DNA of 64,000 bases from Candidatus Marinacidobacterales bacterium (GTDB lineage: Bacteria; Acidobacteriota; Vicinamibacteria; Marinacidobacterales; DATDRI01), in assembly GCA_965219415.1 (NCBI GenBank), contig CBDCNP010000002.1, positions 5,440,001 to 5,504,000 on the forward strand, given 5' to 3'. This document shows positions 22,707 to 33,312 of this stretch, one piece after another (positions within the stretch are counted from its first letter, which is position 1; each line of letters starts with the position of its first letter). The notes beneath the pieces are model-generated. The model did not search any database and was not told the DNA's origin. It was given only the letters and a program-made list of their open reading frames with translations. A program made the position numbers and the translations under genes.

Positions 22707-24134
22707 CGACCTGTGCCAAAACTCGGCCCTTTTGAAATAGGCCATAAATCAGCAGCTTAGTGTCTGTGTTTGCGCCGGGGCCAAGGGCCGTAGGCTTTAC
22801 AATCGTCTGGCCCGAGGGTGTTATCTTCAGATCCATGATGACGTACCACGTGCAATTCCTACTGCTCGTTCTAGCTGGCTGGGTCAACCGCCAGCAGCAG
22901 GATGTGATCGACTACCTGCAAGAGGAGAACCGTGTGCTCCGAGCCGGGCTTCGGGGCAAGCGTCCCAGTCTCTCGGACGACGACCGGCGCAGGCTCGCGG
23001 TCAAGGCCCAGGCTTTGGGCCGCGAGGCGCTGGCCCAGATTGCGTCCGTTGCCACACCCGCTGCGCTTGTGCGCTGGTACCGCCACCTCATCGCAGCCAA
23101 GTACGATGGCAGCAAGAACCGGAGTCCAGGCCGACCTCCGACGGCGAAGGACATCCGTGAGCTCATTGTGCGCGTGGCGCGGGAGAACCCGACGTGGGGA
23201 TGTACGCGCCTGCGAGGCGCACTCAAGAACCTAGGACATGAACTCGGACGCAATACTATCAAGAGGATCCTCGCCGAGCACGTATCGCTCCTGCGCCGGA
23301 GCGGGGCAGGAGCATGTCGTGGAGCACCTTCATCAAGGCTCATTGGGGCGCCATCGCTGCGACAGACCTGTTCCCCGTCGAGGTGGTGAACCCGTTCGGG
23401 CTCGTCCGCTACCATGTCCTGTTTGTCATCGATATCGCCACTCGCTGCGTGTGCATCGGTGGGATAACGTCGGACCCCAACGGGGAGTGGATGAAGCAGG
23501 TGGCAAGAAACCTCACTGACCTGTGGGATGGTTTCCTCCTTGGCAAGCGATACCTCATCCACGACCGGGACCCGCTATTCACCGAGGCGGTACGTGGGCT
23601 GTTGAGAGATTCAGGCGTGAAGCCCCTTCGCCTTCCCGCTAATAGTCCGAATCTGAACGCATATGCGGAAAGATTCGTTCTCTCCATACGTCGAGAGTGT
23701 CTCGACCGCTTCGTACCTCTCAGTGAGCGACACCTGCGCACAGCGGTAACCGAATACGTAGTGCCACTATCACACAGAACGGAACCACCAAGGTCTCGGC
23801 AACGAGCTCCTCACACCTCTGCCGGCAAGCGCGAATGACGCTGGCCCCATCGTGTCGCGAGAGCGACTTGGGGGCATTCTCAACTACTACTGCCGTGCCG
23901 CGTAGATGGTCGCCGGCGACGGTAGCCACTCGGCGGGCTCGACCGGCGTAGCGTGGAAACCGCTCCAGGAACACGCTTCGATATTCGCTCTCGACTAGGT
24001 GGTCATCTGCATGGTGACGACCCGCCCGCCCAAGACGATTGTAAAGCCCACGGCCCTTGGCCCGGTCGCAAACACAGACACTAAGTTGCTGATTTATGGC
24101 CTATTTCAAAAGGGCCGAGTTTTGGCACAGGACG
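22707..24134 (+). mobile_element. rve-integrase-domain IS with ~97-bp terminal inverted repeats; transposase 22835-23905 has two frameshifts
   Basis: The left tgtgccaaaactcggccc...tttacaatcgtct is mirrored at the right end; motifs [13 protein letters not shown] and LGGILNYY. Confidence 0.85.
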
Positions 24135-24360
24135 GGGTAGACCCGGCCGCGGTGTCGGATACGGCCGGCGTAGAGCGGATTGCTCAGCAGGCAGTGGAGG
24201 TGTCCGCGGCGGAACGGCAGACCGCCTGTCCGCGTTTCATCAGCGGCAAGCCGTTGCTTGGTGCGCAGTCCCAGACGGTCCGCCTCGGCCTTCACCTGCC
24301 GGAGCGTTCCGTGCTTCCGGTACAGCGCATAGAGTGTCCGGACCTTTTCGGCCTCAGCCT
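24135..24360 (-). pseudogene. Large serine recombinase internal fragment (recombinase domain)
   Basis: GGLPFRRGHLHCLLSNPLYAGRIRHRGRVYP. Confidence 0.75.
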
Positions 24361-24479
24361 GGTACTGTCAAGTTGACGAAAAACTAGCTGACCGACCCTC
24401 AAGATACTGTGTTCGAGCCCGTCGTGAACCCGCCATGTTGGGCATCAGGAACGGCTGTCAGCCTCAACCTGACAGTACC
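24361..24479. mobile_element. 119-bp MITE with IS6-like TIRs
   Basis: ggtactgtcaagttga ... tcaacctgacagtacc; too short to encode a transposase. Confidence 0.7.
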
Positions 24480-24542
24480 GACGTGCGAGCTTGAGAACCC
24501 AGGCTTTGTGTTCCAGAGAATCGTGGGAGTAGGAGATGAACA

Positions 24543-26525
24543 CTATCGGTTCGGCCCCTCATCACACGACGCGTTTATGCACCACGCGCGTTCATGGAGG
24601 GCGCTCCATTTACCGCCCGCCTTCACCCGCGCCTTGATCGTCGTTCGAGATCCCCGAAGCTTGATCTCTTCTACCTCCTTAGCGAGACAAGCCGTCGGGG
24701 CCACTTCTCCTCCCGGTAAACGAGGATCGCCCCCGTTGACGGTATAGAAGATCCGCCCTCTCGGATTGGGATTGCGTAGGCGAGTCGAGGGAGTGTTCAG
24801 AAACCCTGGACGGGGGGTATCGAACTCGGGCGGATCGAGGCGCGGATAATAGCCTTCCCGGCGCAGCGATGCAATGAATCGTTCGACGCTTCCATCCATC
24901 ATCTTTTCGACCTTCTCGACCTCCGGGTAGAAAGTGTTCTCTCGAGTACGCACCGTCGCGCCCAGCGCACTTCGCGCATCTCCCCAACGAGCGGATTCCG
25001 CTACAACCGCGTCCTCGATGAAATCGTTGAGAGCCCGCCACCTCACTATCGAATTCTCCTCGGTGAGGGCGCCATCGCGAAAGCAGTGTTTGAAAACTCG
25101 ATCGATGAAAAGGGTCATGTACTCTGAACTCTTTCTGAGTCCGTGCCAGATTCCTACCATCGCCCGGTCATGCCGATCCTCCGACGAGCGAAACGGTTTC
25201 TGAAGGTTCCAGGCGGAGCCAGGGTCGCGGCGAGCGCCATCGGGGCGGCGCGCACCCACCCAGCTCACCTCCGCATCCCATACGAAGAATCGAAACGGCG
25301 AACTGGGGTGATTTCGATTGCCTCCGTACCAGTTGTTCCTCGGCCAGTCGCCGAAGCCGGCCATGAACGCCAGAATCATGTAGTCCGCGAACCACTCGAG
25401 ATCGAGATACCCTTGCATCTCCTGATAGTTGGCCGGGTTACGAAGATCCTTGTCCTTGAGCGTTCCCCGAAGGTAATCCCACCGACTTGGGTCCCCTTGG
25501 AAGGGCCCGCGATGGTTGACCGCGAACCAATCGTCTTTGGCGCCTCCGAACGTTGCCGACGTGAACCAGGCGTCCGGCCGCTCGCAGGCGTTATAAAGTC
25601 CCCAGTAAAGACCGTTGATATACAGATGCACGAATGTCCCGTGTGAACCGGCCCCAGACATCGCGATCTGGGAGTCGCGAGCCCACTGGTCTCGGACATA
25701 CGTTGTCCGGTGTGGCATGAAATGCATGGCGAACGAACGGATGGTTCCGGAGCGCAAAATGATTCGGTCCAAGGTGTCGGTCGCCGAGTCACGGTTCCAC
25801 ACCGCGTAGTCCTGGAAGAAAGTCGTCTTCAGCTTCGCCGACCCGAACTCTCTCTGGAACTTGAGCTTCAAAGAACGTTTCACCGCTGCGTCGGCGTGGG
25901 ACTCAAGCGCACAATTCGTTTGGAAGCTTCGCTCTGACCGGTCGGGATAGATGAACTCCACAGACGCCTTTCGCGTGGGCCCGACGCCCCCGCTCGCGAA
26001 GTAGATCCCGTTCGCCCCGAACATAGCTCTCCGGTTAACCGCCAAGGACAGCGTCGGGATGGCTTTCAAGCCTCGAATGAGCGCCGCCCTCTGACTTGGC
26101 TCATTGACGATGCGGGGGTCCATCTCGTAGTCGAGCTCGACCATGGTGTCCCTTCCCGCGTTGAGCACCGGGTTGGGATAGCCCGCGATCTGCTTGGGCT
26201 GCCGGATGACGTCGTCCAAGAAGATGTAGGTTTGGGTATCTACGTTGCTTGGCACTTTGCCCGGGGCGTAGGCGACCGCACGAAGCACGGTCGTCTTGGC
26301 TATGTCGACCGAGACCGGGTTAACCTCGCCCTTGCCATGGTCGGGTCTGGGGAGGCTACCGTCTGTGGTGTACCGGATGAGAGAGCCTTCCGTTTTGGAT
26401 TGGATAACCACGGTGAACCCGGCGGAGTAAAACCCTCGCTTGTAGTTAAATCTCGTATCGGCGACCTGCTGCATCGGAGTGGCGAGGCCAGAAACGAGGA
26501 ACAGCGGCAACGCGAGCCAACTCAT
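24543..26525 (-). CDS. Secreted CotH-kinase-family protein with chitobiase/FN3-associated domains
   Basis: Repeated IRYTTDGSLP / IFYTVNGGDP; motifs VHLYINGLYWGLYNACER, DWPRNNW, FFVWDAE and ESARWGD. Confidence 0.85.
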   Translation of the reverse strand: MSWLALPLFLVSGLATPMQQVADTRFNYKRGFYSAGFTVVIQSKTEGSLIRYTTDGSLPRPDHGKGEVNPVSVDIAKTTVLRAVAYAPGKVPSNVDTQTYIFLDDVIRQPKQIAGYPNPVLNAGRDTMVELDYEMDPRIVNEPSQRAALIRGLKAIPTLSLAVNRRAMFGANGIYFASGGVGPTRKASVEFIYPDRSERSFQTNCALESHADAAVKRSLKLKFQREFGSAKLKTTFFQDYAVWNRDSATDTLDRIILRSGTIRSFAMHFMPHRTTYVRDQWARDSQIAMSGAGSHGTFVHLYINGLYWGLYNACERPDAWFTSATFGGAKDDWFAVNHRGPFQGDPSRWDYLRGTLKDKDLRNPANYQEMQGYLDLEWFADYMILAFMAGFGDWPRNNWYGGNRNHPSSPFRFFVWDAEVSWVGARRPDGARRDPGSAWNLQKPFRSSEDRHDRAMVGIWHGLRKSSEYMTLFIDRVFKHCFRDGALTEENSIVRWRALNDFIEDAVVAESARWGDARSALGATVRTRENTFYPEVEKVEKMMDGSVERFIASLRREGYYPRLDPPEFDTPRPGFLNTPSTRLRNPNPRGRIFYTVNGGDPRLPGGEVAPTACLAKEVEEIKLRGSRTTIKARVKAGGKWSALHERAWCINASCDEGPNR

Positions 26526-26541
26526 CGGCCTGATTATAGGC

Positions 26542-26700
26542 CGTCGTGTCCGAAAACGCGGACGGAGCCGAAAGCTCGAATGCTGGAGGCGTTCTCGAAA
26601 TTCGCGGAGACCAGCCGACGCGGTACTGGCTCTGCGATAGGCGACCCCGAGCAGACCTCTCCTCCAGAGCATCCGTTCTGTCCAGCTTGCGCGCCCGAAC
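26542..26700. repeat. IS-end-like repeat; reverse copy at about 52255-52416
   Basis: cgtcgtgtccgaaaacgcg...ccagagcatccg...gcgcccgaact occurs at both sites. Confidence 0.7.
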
Positions 26701-26833
26701 TCCTATGCGGCGGCGCGGTGGTCATAACTGAGCAAACCGCCCAATCGCTTACGACAGCGCACGTTTCCATGGGGTGTGCCTTCCATTTATTCATCCGGGC
26801 GCACCGAACCTGATTAGTCTCCAGTCTGCTGGC

Positions 26834-26999
26834 GGTGCTTGCGCTGTTTACTGTTGGTGATGTGCACGCATCCCTTTGCAAAAGAGGCGTTTACGCTCCA
26901 TTTAATGCGCAGCGAAGGTCACGAGCGCTATTTTGGCTGTAATTAAACGCACCGTAATATCTTAGCATCATCTCACCAACACTTAATGGCGGAAGCACC
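26834..26999. mobile_element. 166-bp MITE with IS1-type TIRs
   Basis: ggtgcttgcgctgtttactgttggtga ... tcaccaacacttaatggcggaagcacc; same length as 44167-44332. Confidence 0.8.
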
Positions 27000-27348
27000 C
27001 ACCAAGGTCTCGGCAACGAGCTCCTCACACCTCTGCCGGCAAGCGCGAATGACGCTGGCCCCATCGTGTCGCGAGAGCGACTTGGGGGCATTCTCAACTA
27101 CTACTGCCGTGCCGCGTAGATGGTCGCCGGCGACGGTAGCCCCTCGGCGGGCTCGACCGGCGTAGCGTGAAAACAGCTTCAGGAACACGCTTCGATATTC
27201 GCTCTCGACTACGTGGTCATCTGCATGGTGACGACCCGCCCGCCCAAGACGATTGTAAAGCCCACGGCCCTTGGCCCGGTCGCAAACACAGACACTAAGT
27301 TGCTGATTTATGGCCTATTTCAAAAGGGCCGAGTTTTAGCACAGGACG
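27000..27348 (+). mobile_element. 3' end of the rve-integrase IS
   Basis: Near-identical to 23786-24134. Confidence 0.85.
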
Positions 27349-27605
27349 GCGTAGCAACACTTGATGGCGGAAGCACCGCGTCGATGAACCGACGGCGAAA
27401 GTGTGCAGAAGTTCCACCGAGGCGAAGACGAGTTCGCAGGATATCGCTCTCATGGTTGTCTGGCCGTCGATACGCGATCTTCTTTTTTGCGGATCACAGG
27501 GGTTTGACGCTGTGGTGTCGTGAACGAGAGGTTGGGAAAGCGGCCCCACTTGCGCCGGGGTTGAATCGTGCAACAGCGCCCCTTCTAAGGTCACCGCCAC
27601 CGTTC

Positions 27606-29591
27606 TCAGTTCACGCAGCAGTCGAACCAGTCGGCAAGGTATCGTCCGACAAGGAGGTGTCCCTTGTTATTCAAATGAGTATCGCCGCGCACAAAGAGAT
27701 TCTTGTTCGTTTCGGCTACATAGGCCCTCAGCGGTGGGAGCAGGTCAAGGAACGGAATGTTCGCCTCTCGGGCAAAAAGACGAACATATGCCTGCGGCAA
27801 ATCGATATCGTAGTGGTCCCCAGACATACGCCCACTATAGACCTGGTCACGCGTCGGAAGGGCTACGACGATCAGCCTAGCACCGTTCGTACGGGCCAGA
27901 TCGTCGATTCTCGTCAGCGTTTCGAGAGAAACATCCTTGGCCCTGACCGCAACCTCCGAGTAGGGAAACTGAGACCAGAAAGAGTAGGAGACGAATCGGC
28001 TGCTCGCCACGAAATCTACCGTCAGGTTCTCCATCCTCAAAAAGGGCGCGACGAACCGGAACACCGCGAGACGGCGAAGCCACTCCTTCAAGATGGATGT
28101 CTCAGGACTCGGGTGCGCCATCGTGTGAGGAGCGTTTACGAACCGCTCCGGGACTCTCTCCTTCAGGTTCTGCTCATTGAGGACAGCGGTACCGTCAACG
28201 AGGAGCTCCTTCCAGAGACCGAGGTAAGTGTCTCGGAAGTCATTACCGTTGTACATGACGACGACCACGAAGCTCGGCTCGAAATCGATACCTTTCTCGG
28301 CGAGGAGCAGCTCAACATCGGCGAAGCCGTATCCACCTACTCCGAAGTTAAGCACCTCCCACTCCGAGGAAAGGCTTTCCTCGAATACGCCGACGAAACT
28401 CCTCTCGACGGAGTCCGCCCAACTTCCAAACGTAAAGGAGTCTCCAAAAAAGGCAATGCGCCTTTTCCCTGATGGCTCGACCGATACTTCTCGCCAAGGC
28501 ATCCCGTGGCTGTTAGTGTGAATCTTCACCTCGGAGCCAGCAACGCTAGTCACAAGATCGAGGTTCGGTTTGAGTCGATAGGAGCCGGTCCCTTCGGGGT
28601 TGGGCTCGAAAAGCGATAGTTTCTCTGGTGGCAACTGTTGCTGCTCGTGCTGCCAGGCCTCATAGCTTCTCAGAAACACCTCCGTTGCCGTCAGGGACAC
28701 GAGCGTGCTCACGGTGGTGGCGAGGACAGGAAAGAGCACGCGCCTGCTTCGCGAGTACGCGAAGAGAATGCTCCGCTGCAACACGATACCCGCAGGAAAG
28801 ATCGACCACAGCCAGAACAAGACGGTGGAGCTTTCTACTGGCCGCAGTGCGGTAAGTGCTGCAATAGCGAGAATCAAAGCTCCGAGGACGAGAAAAAACA
28901 CCCTGGTAGAGAAGCCGAAGAGGCGAAAGGAGATCGCTCCCAGAACGAGGAAGACATAAGGCACCATCCACTCGTAGGCAGTCGGCAACAACATCGCCCC
29001 GCCGGACATAGGATCGACCTCGACCCAATCCATGCCCAGACCCATGTCCGAGCGCAAATGACTCGGTGGAGACCTACCTCCCGAAACGACAAGATCGATG
29101 TGGAGGGCGCTGCGCTCCGCCACTTCTTGTGGGATGACCGTCCGGATGCCTGCCCACGGATAAGAGTTCTCGGTGAAAACGAAGTCATCAATAAGAACAT
29201 CGTTGACGCTCATTCGTACGGTTCCGGCGAGCCCAAAACGGTGGCTTCTAACCCAGATTCTCAAAGGTGAACGCAGTGCGTGGAAGGGAAGTTGGAGCGT
29301 AGCCGTCCTCCCGGAAAGCCTTCCGTCGGAACCGATGACGTCGACGGAGCCGTCCTCGTGTCGGAACGGGCCAGTCATCTCCAATCGAGGGGAAAAGGTT
29401 TCAGGATTTTCGAGATAACGCTTGTCCCACGACCCGATGTTGAAGCGTCGCGTTTTCTGTGCCTGGTAGACGGCAAAGTAGATGGGCGCAAAGAGTAGAA
29501 GAAGCAACGCAGTCACGAGAAAAGAAGTCTTGCTCACGATGCCTCGAACGCCAGTACGACAGCCAGGATGCGCACTACGGAAGGCTATCAC
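27606..29591 (-). CDS. Membrane-anchored SGNH/GDSL hydrolase-family protein (start uncertain)
   Basis: Motifs FFGDSFTFG, NFGVGGYG, YNGND and GDTHLNNKGH; several TM helices. Confidence 0.85.
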   Translation of the reverse strand: MIAFRSAHPGCRTGVRGIVSKTSFLVTALLLLLFAPIYFAVYQAQKTRRFNIGSWDKRYLENPETFSPRLEMTGPFRHEDGSVDVIGSDGRLSGRTATLQLPFHALRSPLRIWVRSHRFGLAGTVRMSVNDVLIDDFVFTENSYPWAGIRTVIPQEVAERSALHIDLVVSGGRSPPSHLRSDMGLGMDWVEVDPMSGGAMLLPTAYEWMVPYVFLVLGAISFRLFGFSTRVFFLVLGALILAIAALTALRPVESSTVLFWLWSIFPAGIVLQRSILFAYSRSRRVLFPVLATTVSTLVSLTATEVFLRSYEAWQHEQQQLPPEKLSLFEPNPEGTGSYRLKPNLDLVTSVAGSEVKIHTNSHGMPWREVSVEPSGKRRIAFFGDSFTFGSWADSVERSFVGVFEESLSSEWEVLNFGVGGYGFADVELLLAEKGIDFEPSFVVVVMYNGNDFRDTYLGLWKELLVDGTAVLNEQNLKERVPERFVNAPHTMAHPSPETSILKEWLRRLAVFRFVAPFLRMENLTVDFVASSRFVSYSFWSQFPYSEVAVRAKDVSLETLTRIDDLARTNGARLIVVALPTRDQVYSGRMSGDHYDIDLPQAYVRLFAREANIPFLDLLPPLRAYVAETNKNLFVRGDTHLNNKGHLLVGRYLADWFDCCVN

Positions 29592-29802
29592 GAGGGACTT
29601 CTATCCTGCTCGCCTGGAAGTTGAAGCCACCAACAAGCGGTGCTGAGATGGCGGCGGAGATCTCCACCGATCCGTCGGTACTGCCGTTGTCGGCGATGAT
29701 GACCTCGCCGCCGATGCCGTTGTCACGAAGGGAACGCGACGCCTTTTCGATGCAAGTCGCGAGCGTTTCTGCTTCCTTGAGGCAAGGTATTACGACAGAA
29801 AG
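29575..29802 (-). pseudogene. GT2 glycosyltransferase fragment
   Basis: LSVVIPCLKEAETL...EVIIADNGSTDGS; cut by the IS1 element and internally deleted. Confidence 0.8.
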
Positions 29803-31003
29803 GGTGCTTCTGCCACCAAATGTTGCTACGCGGCTGCGGGCAAGTGGCACAGGTGCGGAAGAGACAGGGTTGCGCGCCCAACTGAGCAGGAAAACCTCGA
29901 TCTGCGACCACAAAGGAATCGTCGTCGCCAAGAAGATGTCTCGAAAGGTGATCCGTCGCGTGGTCAGACCGGCTTGCATAGCCGGAGTTCGGATCTCACG
30001 TCCGAACTTCAGGGCTCCGTGCGCTCGGACGAAGTTGTAATAGCAACGGAGCAACTCCATGTGCTCATCGAGCCTCTCCGTCGAGCGAGCGTGGGAAAGC
30101 GTTCAGCTCGGCATACCTTTCGAGACGAGCCGGATGGTCAGATTCAACCGCTCGATGAACGAGGTGTTCAATGTCGAGGAGTCCTCGGAGTTATTGAGCG
30201 CGTCTTCGAATCGCCACGCGGCTCCGTGCAGCGCTCTCCGTTCGACCTTGATGATACGATTGTTCCTGCGCGTCTTGAGGACCTGGCCGTAGAGACACGC
30301 TGGCCCGAAGAAGCGACGGATGACCTTCTGGTAGAATTCGAATCCATCCGTGACGATCAGGGGAAGATGCCCGAAATTCATCCGCCTCGAAAGGTCGCGA
30401 AACAAAGCGTGAGTGTTCCGGTAGCTTCGCCTTCCCGTCACCGTCGATGGCCAGAGCCGAGACCAGACCTCGATCGTAACGAAGACCCAACTCGGCGTCT
30501 TTTTGTTGCCCGCGAATGTGCGAATCTCGTCGGCTTGAAGCTCTTCGGCAGCGAACCCGGCGATCCTTCTGTGGTTGAATCGACGACACACTTGGGCTGC
30601 CTTCTCGAGCCAGCGGGCGACGGTGTTCCAGGCAATCCCTTCGACCCGGGAAATCGCGGAAATGCTGACACCCTCGACTCTGAGAGCGATGACCCCATCG
30701 AAAGTAGCTCTTCGATGTTGGAGACGGTAGTAGGGCATGCCTTTCGTTAAAGAGAACGTCTTTCCGCACTCGCCGCACCGGTATCGACGGCGTTTCCCGG
30801 ACCTCGTTCTGTAGAATCCGTTGCGAATGATGCTTCTGGAACCGACCTTTCCATACAACGGACATGCGGGATTGAGACATCTGCGATTCTTCACTTCGGC
30901 TCGGCCCTGACGACGAGAGAACTGTGTCTTCGGAATTCTGGTTCAAACTCTAGCACGCAGACGGGTTAGGGGATGGCCGCCAACACTTAATTGCGGAAGC
31001 ACC
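29803..31003 (-). mobile_element. IS1-family element, copy 2 (1201 bp); transposase stopped early by a micro-inversion
   Basis: Homologous to 3695-4895; same TIRs, one of them degenerate. Confidence 0.88.
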
Positions 31004-32850
31004 TACCACCGATTCTCTGCCTGAGCTTTCGCGATGTCGAGGATCTGCTGGCTCAATGCGGCATCACCGTTTCCTATGAAGCGGTCCAACTTTGGTCCAT
31101 CAAGTTCGGGTCAGAATACGCTCAGCGACTGAAGCGTCGACAGGGTCGTCTCGGTGACACGTGGCACCTGGACGAGGTTTTCATAAAGGGGTCTACGCGG
31201 ATTCGTGTGGGTTGAAAACTGCATTTCTGGGTAATGGCGGAAGGAAAGCCGCCACGATCTTCAGCTTGAGATATTCCTCGTCGCGATAGCCGTAGGCGCG
31301 TCGTTGCAGAACACGGATTTTGTTGTTGACCCCTTCAACTAGGCCGAGACTGACTTTGTTCTCCGGATGACAGTAGGAGGCGATACCATCCCAATGGGAT
31401 TCAATCATACCGGCGAACTTCTGGTACGGATGCAGGCGTTGCCATTTGAGGCTGTCTTTCCAACGGGTGAAAAAGGCGCGAGCGCCGCGTTCGGTGCGGT
31501 AATCCCAGAGTTGCCCGAAGGCCTCCTTCAAAATATAGGCGGTGTTCAGGCGCCGGTTGGCCTGGAGCAACTTTTTGAGTGCGCGGCGACCGTCTAGGCT
31601 CAGGTTCTCCCGCCGGGAAAGCAAAGTGTAACGCTGCCCCTTGATGTACGACCGGTCCTTGCCGCTGAGGCGTTTGTACTCACCGCGCCGGACCTCATCG
31701 AGGGCCTTTGACAGATGACGCATGATATGAAACTTGTCGAAGATGATCCGCGCATTAGGCGTGTTGTGAATCACCGAGTTCCGGAAGGGCTTCCACATAT
31801 CCATGGCGGCCAGCTTGATACGGGCGCTTTTCTTTCCGCCCAGCGCCTTGAAGAACAAATCGATGTCGGTTTCTTTGCGACCCTCACCGCCCACCCAGAT
31901 GGGACGCGCCCGCTCCAGGTCGCTGACAATGACGCGATAGTTATGTCCCTTGCGGATGGAGATCTCATCGACACCGATGGCCCGAGGCGCCGGTAGCCCC
32001 GCCCGGTCGACCTACTCTTGCATGTAGAGCGTATCCAGAGCCTTCACCGTACCGTGGTGCAGACGTTCCATCTCGGCCACCGCCTTGTTCGGCATATCCC
32101 GGCACAGCTTGCCCACATGCGTCGCAAAACGCTGGGTGTAGCGCGAGTTGTTCGCCAGCCAGTCTAGGTGTTCTACATGCACACCGCCGCACCCAGAACA
32201 GTTGACGCGCCAACGCTCGTATTCCAGATAGATCCGCCAGCCTGCCAACGACAGGTCGCGGACCCGGCACACTTGCTTGTCATAGCGCCCCCGGCACCGT
32301 TGCCCACAGTAAGAGCACACAGCTGTTTTTTTCGCCTCTTGAGCTGGATGACACGGGCGTATCGGTCACCGAATAGACCCTTCAATCCGGCACCAACCAC
32401 GAAACCTGGCAGCGCAAACAGCGAGCGGATCGACTGGGAATTTTTCACTCGGTTAGCCTATCCTAAAAATGGACCACTTTTCAGCACCTGATGAAGTACT
32501 CGATACCTTTTCCACACAATGAGTTACACTGTTTTTCCGTCAGAACTTACCCACACGAATCCGCGTAAACCCTCATAAAGATACAAGGCAAACGCCAATA
32601 CCTCTGGCGCGCGGTAGATCAAGATGGTGATGTGCTCGATATCCTCGTCCAGCCTCGCCGTGATCGGAAAGCCGCCAAACGATTCTTCCGCAAGCTGTTG
32701 AAGGGGCATGCTCGCTCGCCCTGGCGGCTGGTCACCGACAAGCTGAAAAGCTACAGCGCCGCTCACCGCGAGGTCATGCCCTCCGTCGTCCACGACACCG
32801 ACCAGTACAGAAACAATAGAGCCGAAGTCTCGCACGAGCCGACGCGACAA
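31004..32850 (+). pseudogene. IS6-family transposase split by ISL3
   Basis: LSFRDVEDLL...WHLDEVFIK continues after ISL3 as ...LDILVQPRRD...VTDKLKSY...NNRAEVSH. Confidence 0.85.
31189..32572 (-). mobile_element. ISL3-family element; transposase broken by a frameshift and an in-frame stop at 32012
   Basis: TIRs gggtctacgcggattcgtgtggg / cccacacgaatccgcgtaaaccc; perfect 8-bp TSD tcataaag; CxxC pairs, MDMW, DKFH and EGVNNKI. Confidence 0.92.
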
Positions 32851-32852
32851 CA

Positions 32853-32987
32853 GGCGATCTCGGCCTCGAAACCATCTTGCCTTCCAACGACCGCTACTTC
32901 ATCGACACCCTACACTTTAGCCTCGTGGGTCACACGTACCTGGCGGAACGCCTGGCACGTCAGCTCGCCAAGTTCGGTGTGCTGTAA
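32853..32987 (+). pseudogene. C-terminal SGNH hydrolase fragment
   Basis: Manual translation ...NDRYFIDTLHFSLVGHTYLAERLA... contains the DxxH block V motif. Confidence 0.55.
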
Positions 32988-33163
32988 CCGGGAACGCCGT
33001 CGTGTCCAAAAACACAAACGAACAAGACCCGCGCGCCGGGACGTTTCGGATTAGAGGTGTCTACGGTACTGTCAAGTTTTCCACGGCCTGACGGCCACCC
33101 CGAATGAATGAAACGAGGTAGTCTCTGGAGGTGGCACCGGCTCAAGAGGTCGGCTCAAACGTT

Positions 33164-33312
33164 GGTGCTTCCGCCATCAAGTGTTGCTACGCGGCTACGG
33201 GCAGTGGTACAGGTGCGGAAGAGACCGGGTTGCGCGCCCTACTGAGCAGGAAAACCTCGATCCGCGACCACAAAGGAATCGTCGTCGCCAAGAAGATGTC
33301 TCGAAAGGTGAG
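33164..33312 (-). mobile_element. IS1-family right-end fragment
   Basis: ggtgcttccgccatcaagtgttgctacg... matches the right end of 3695-4895; cut by IS256. Confidence 0.85.

Noticed and set aside
27213-28472. 419-aa plus-strand ORF
   Set aside because: Antisense shadow of the SGNH gene fused to IS-end sequence; no recognisable motifs.
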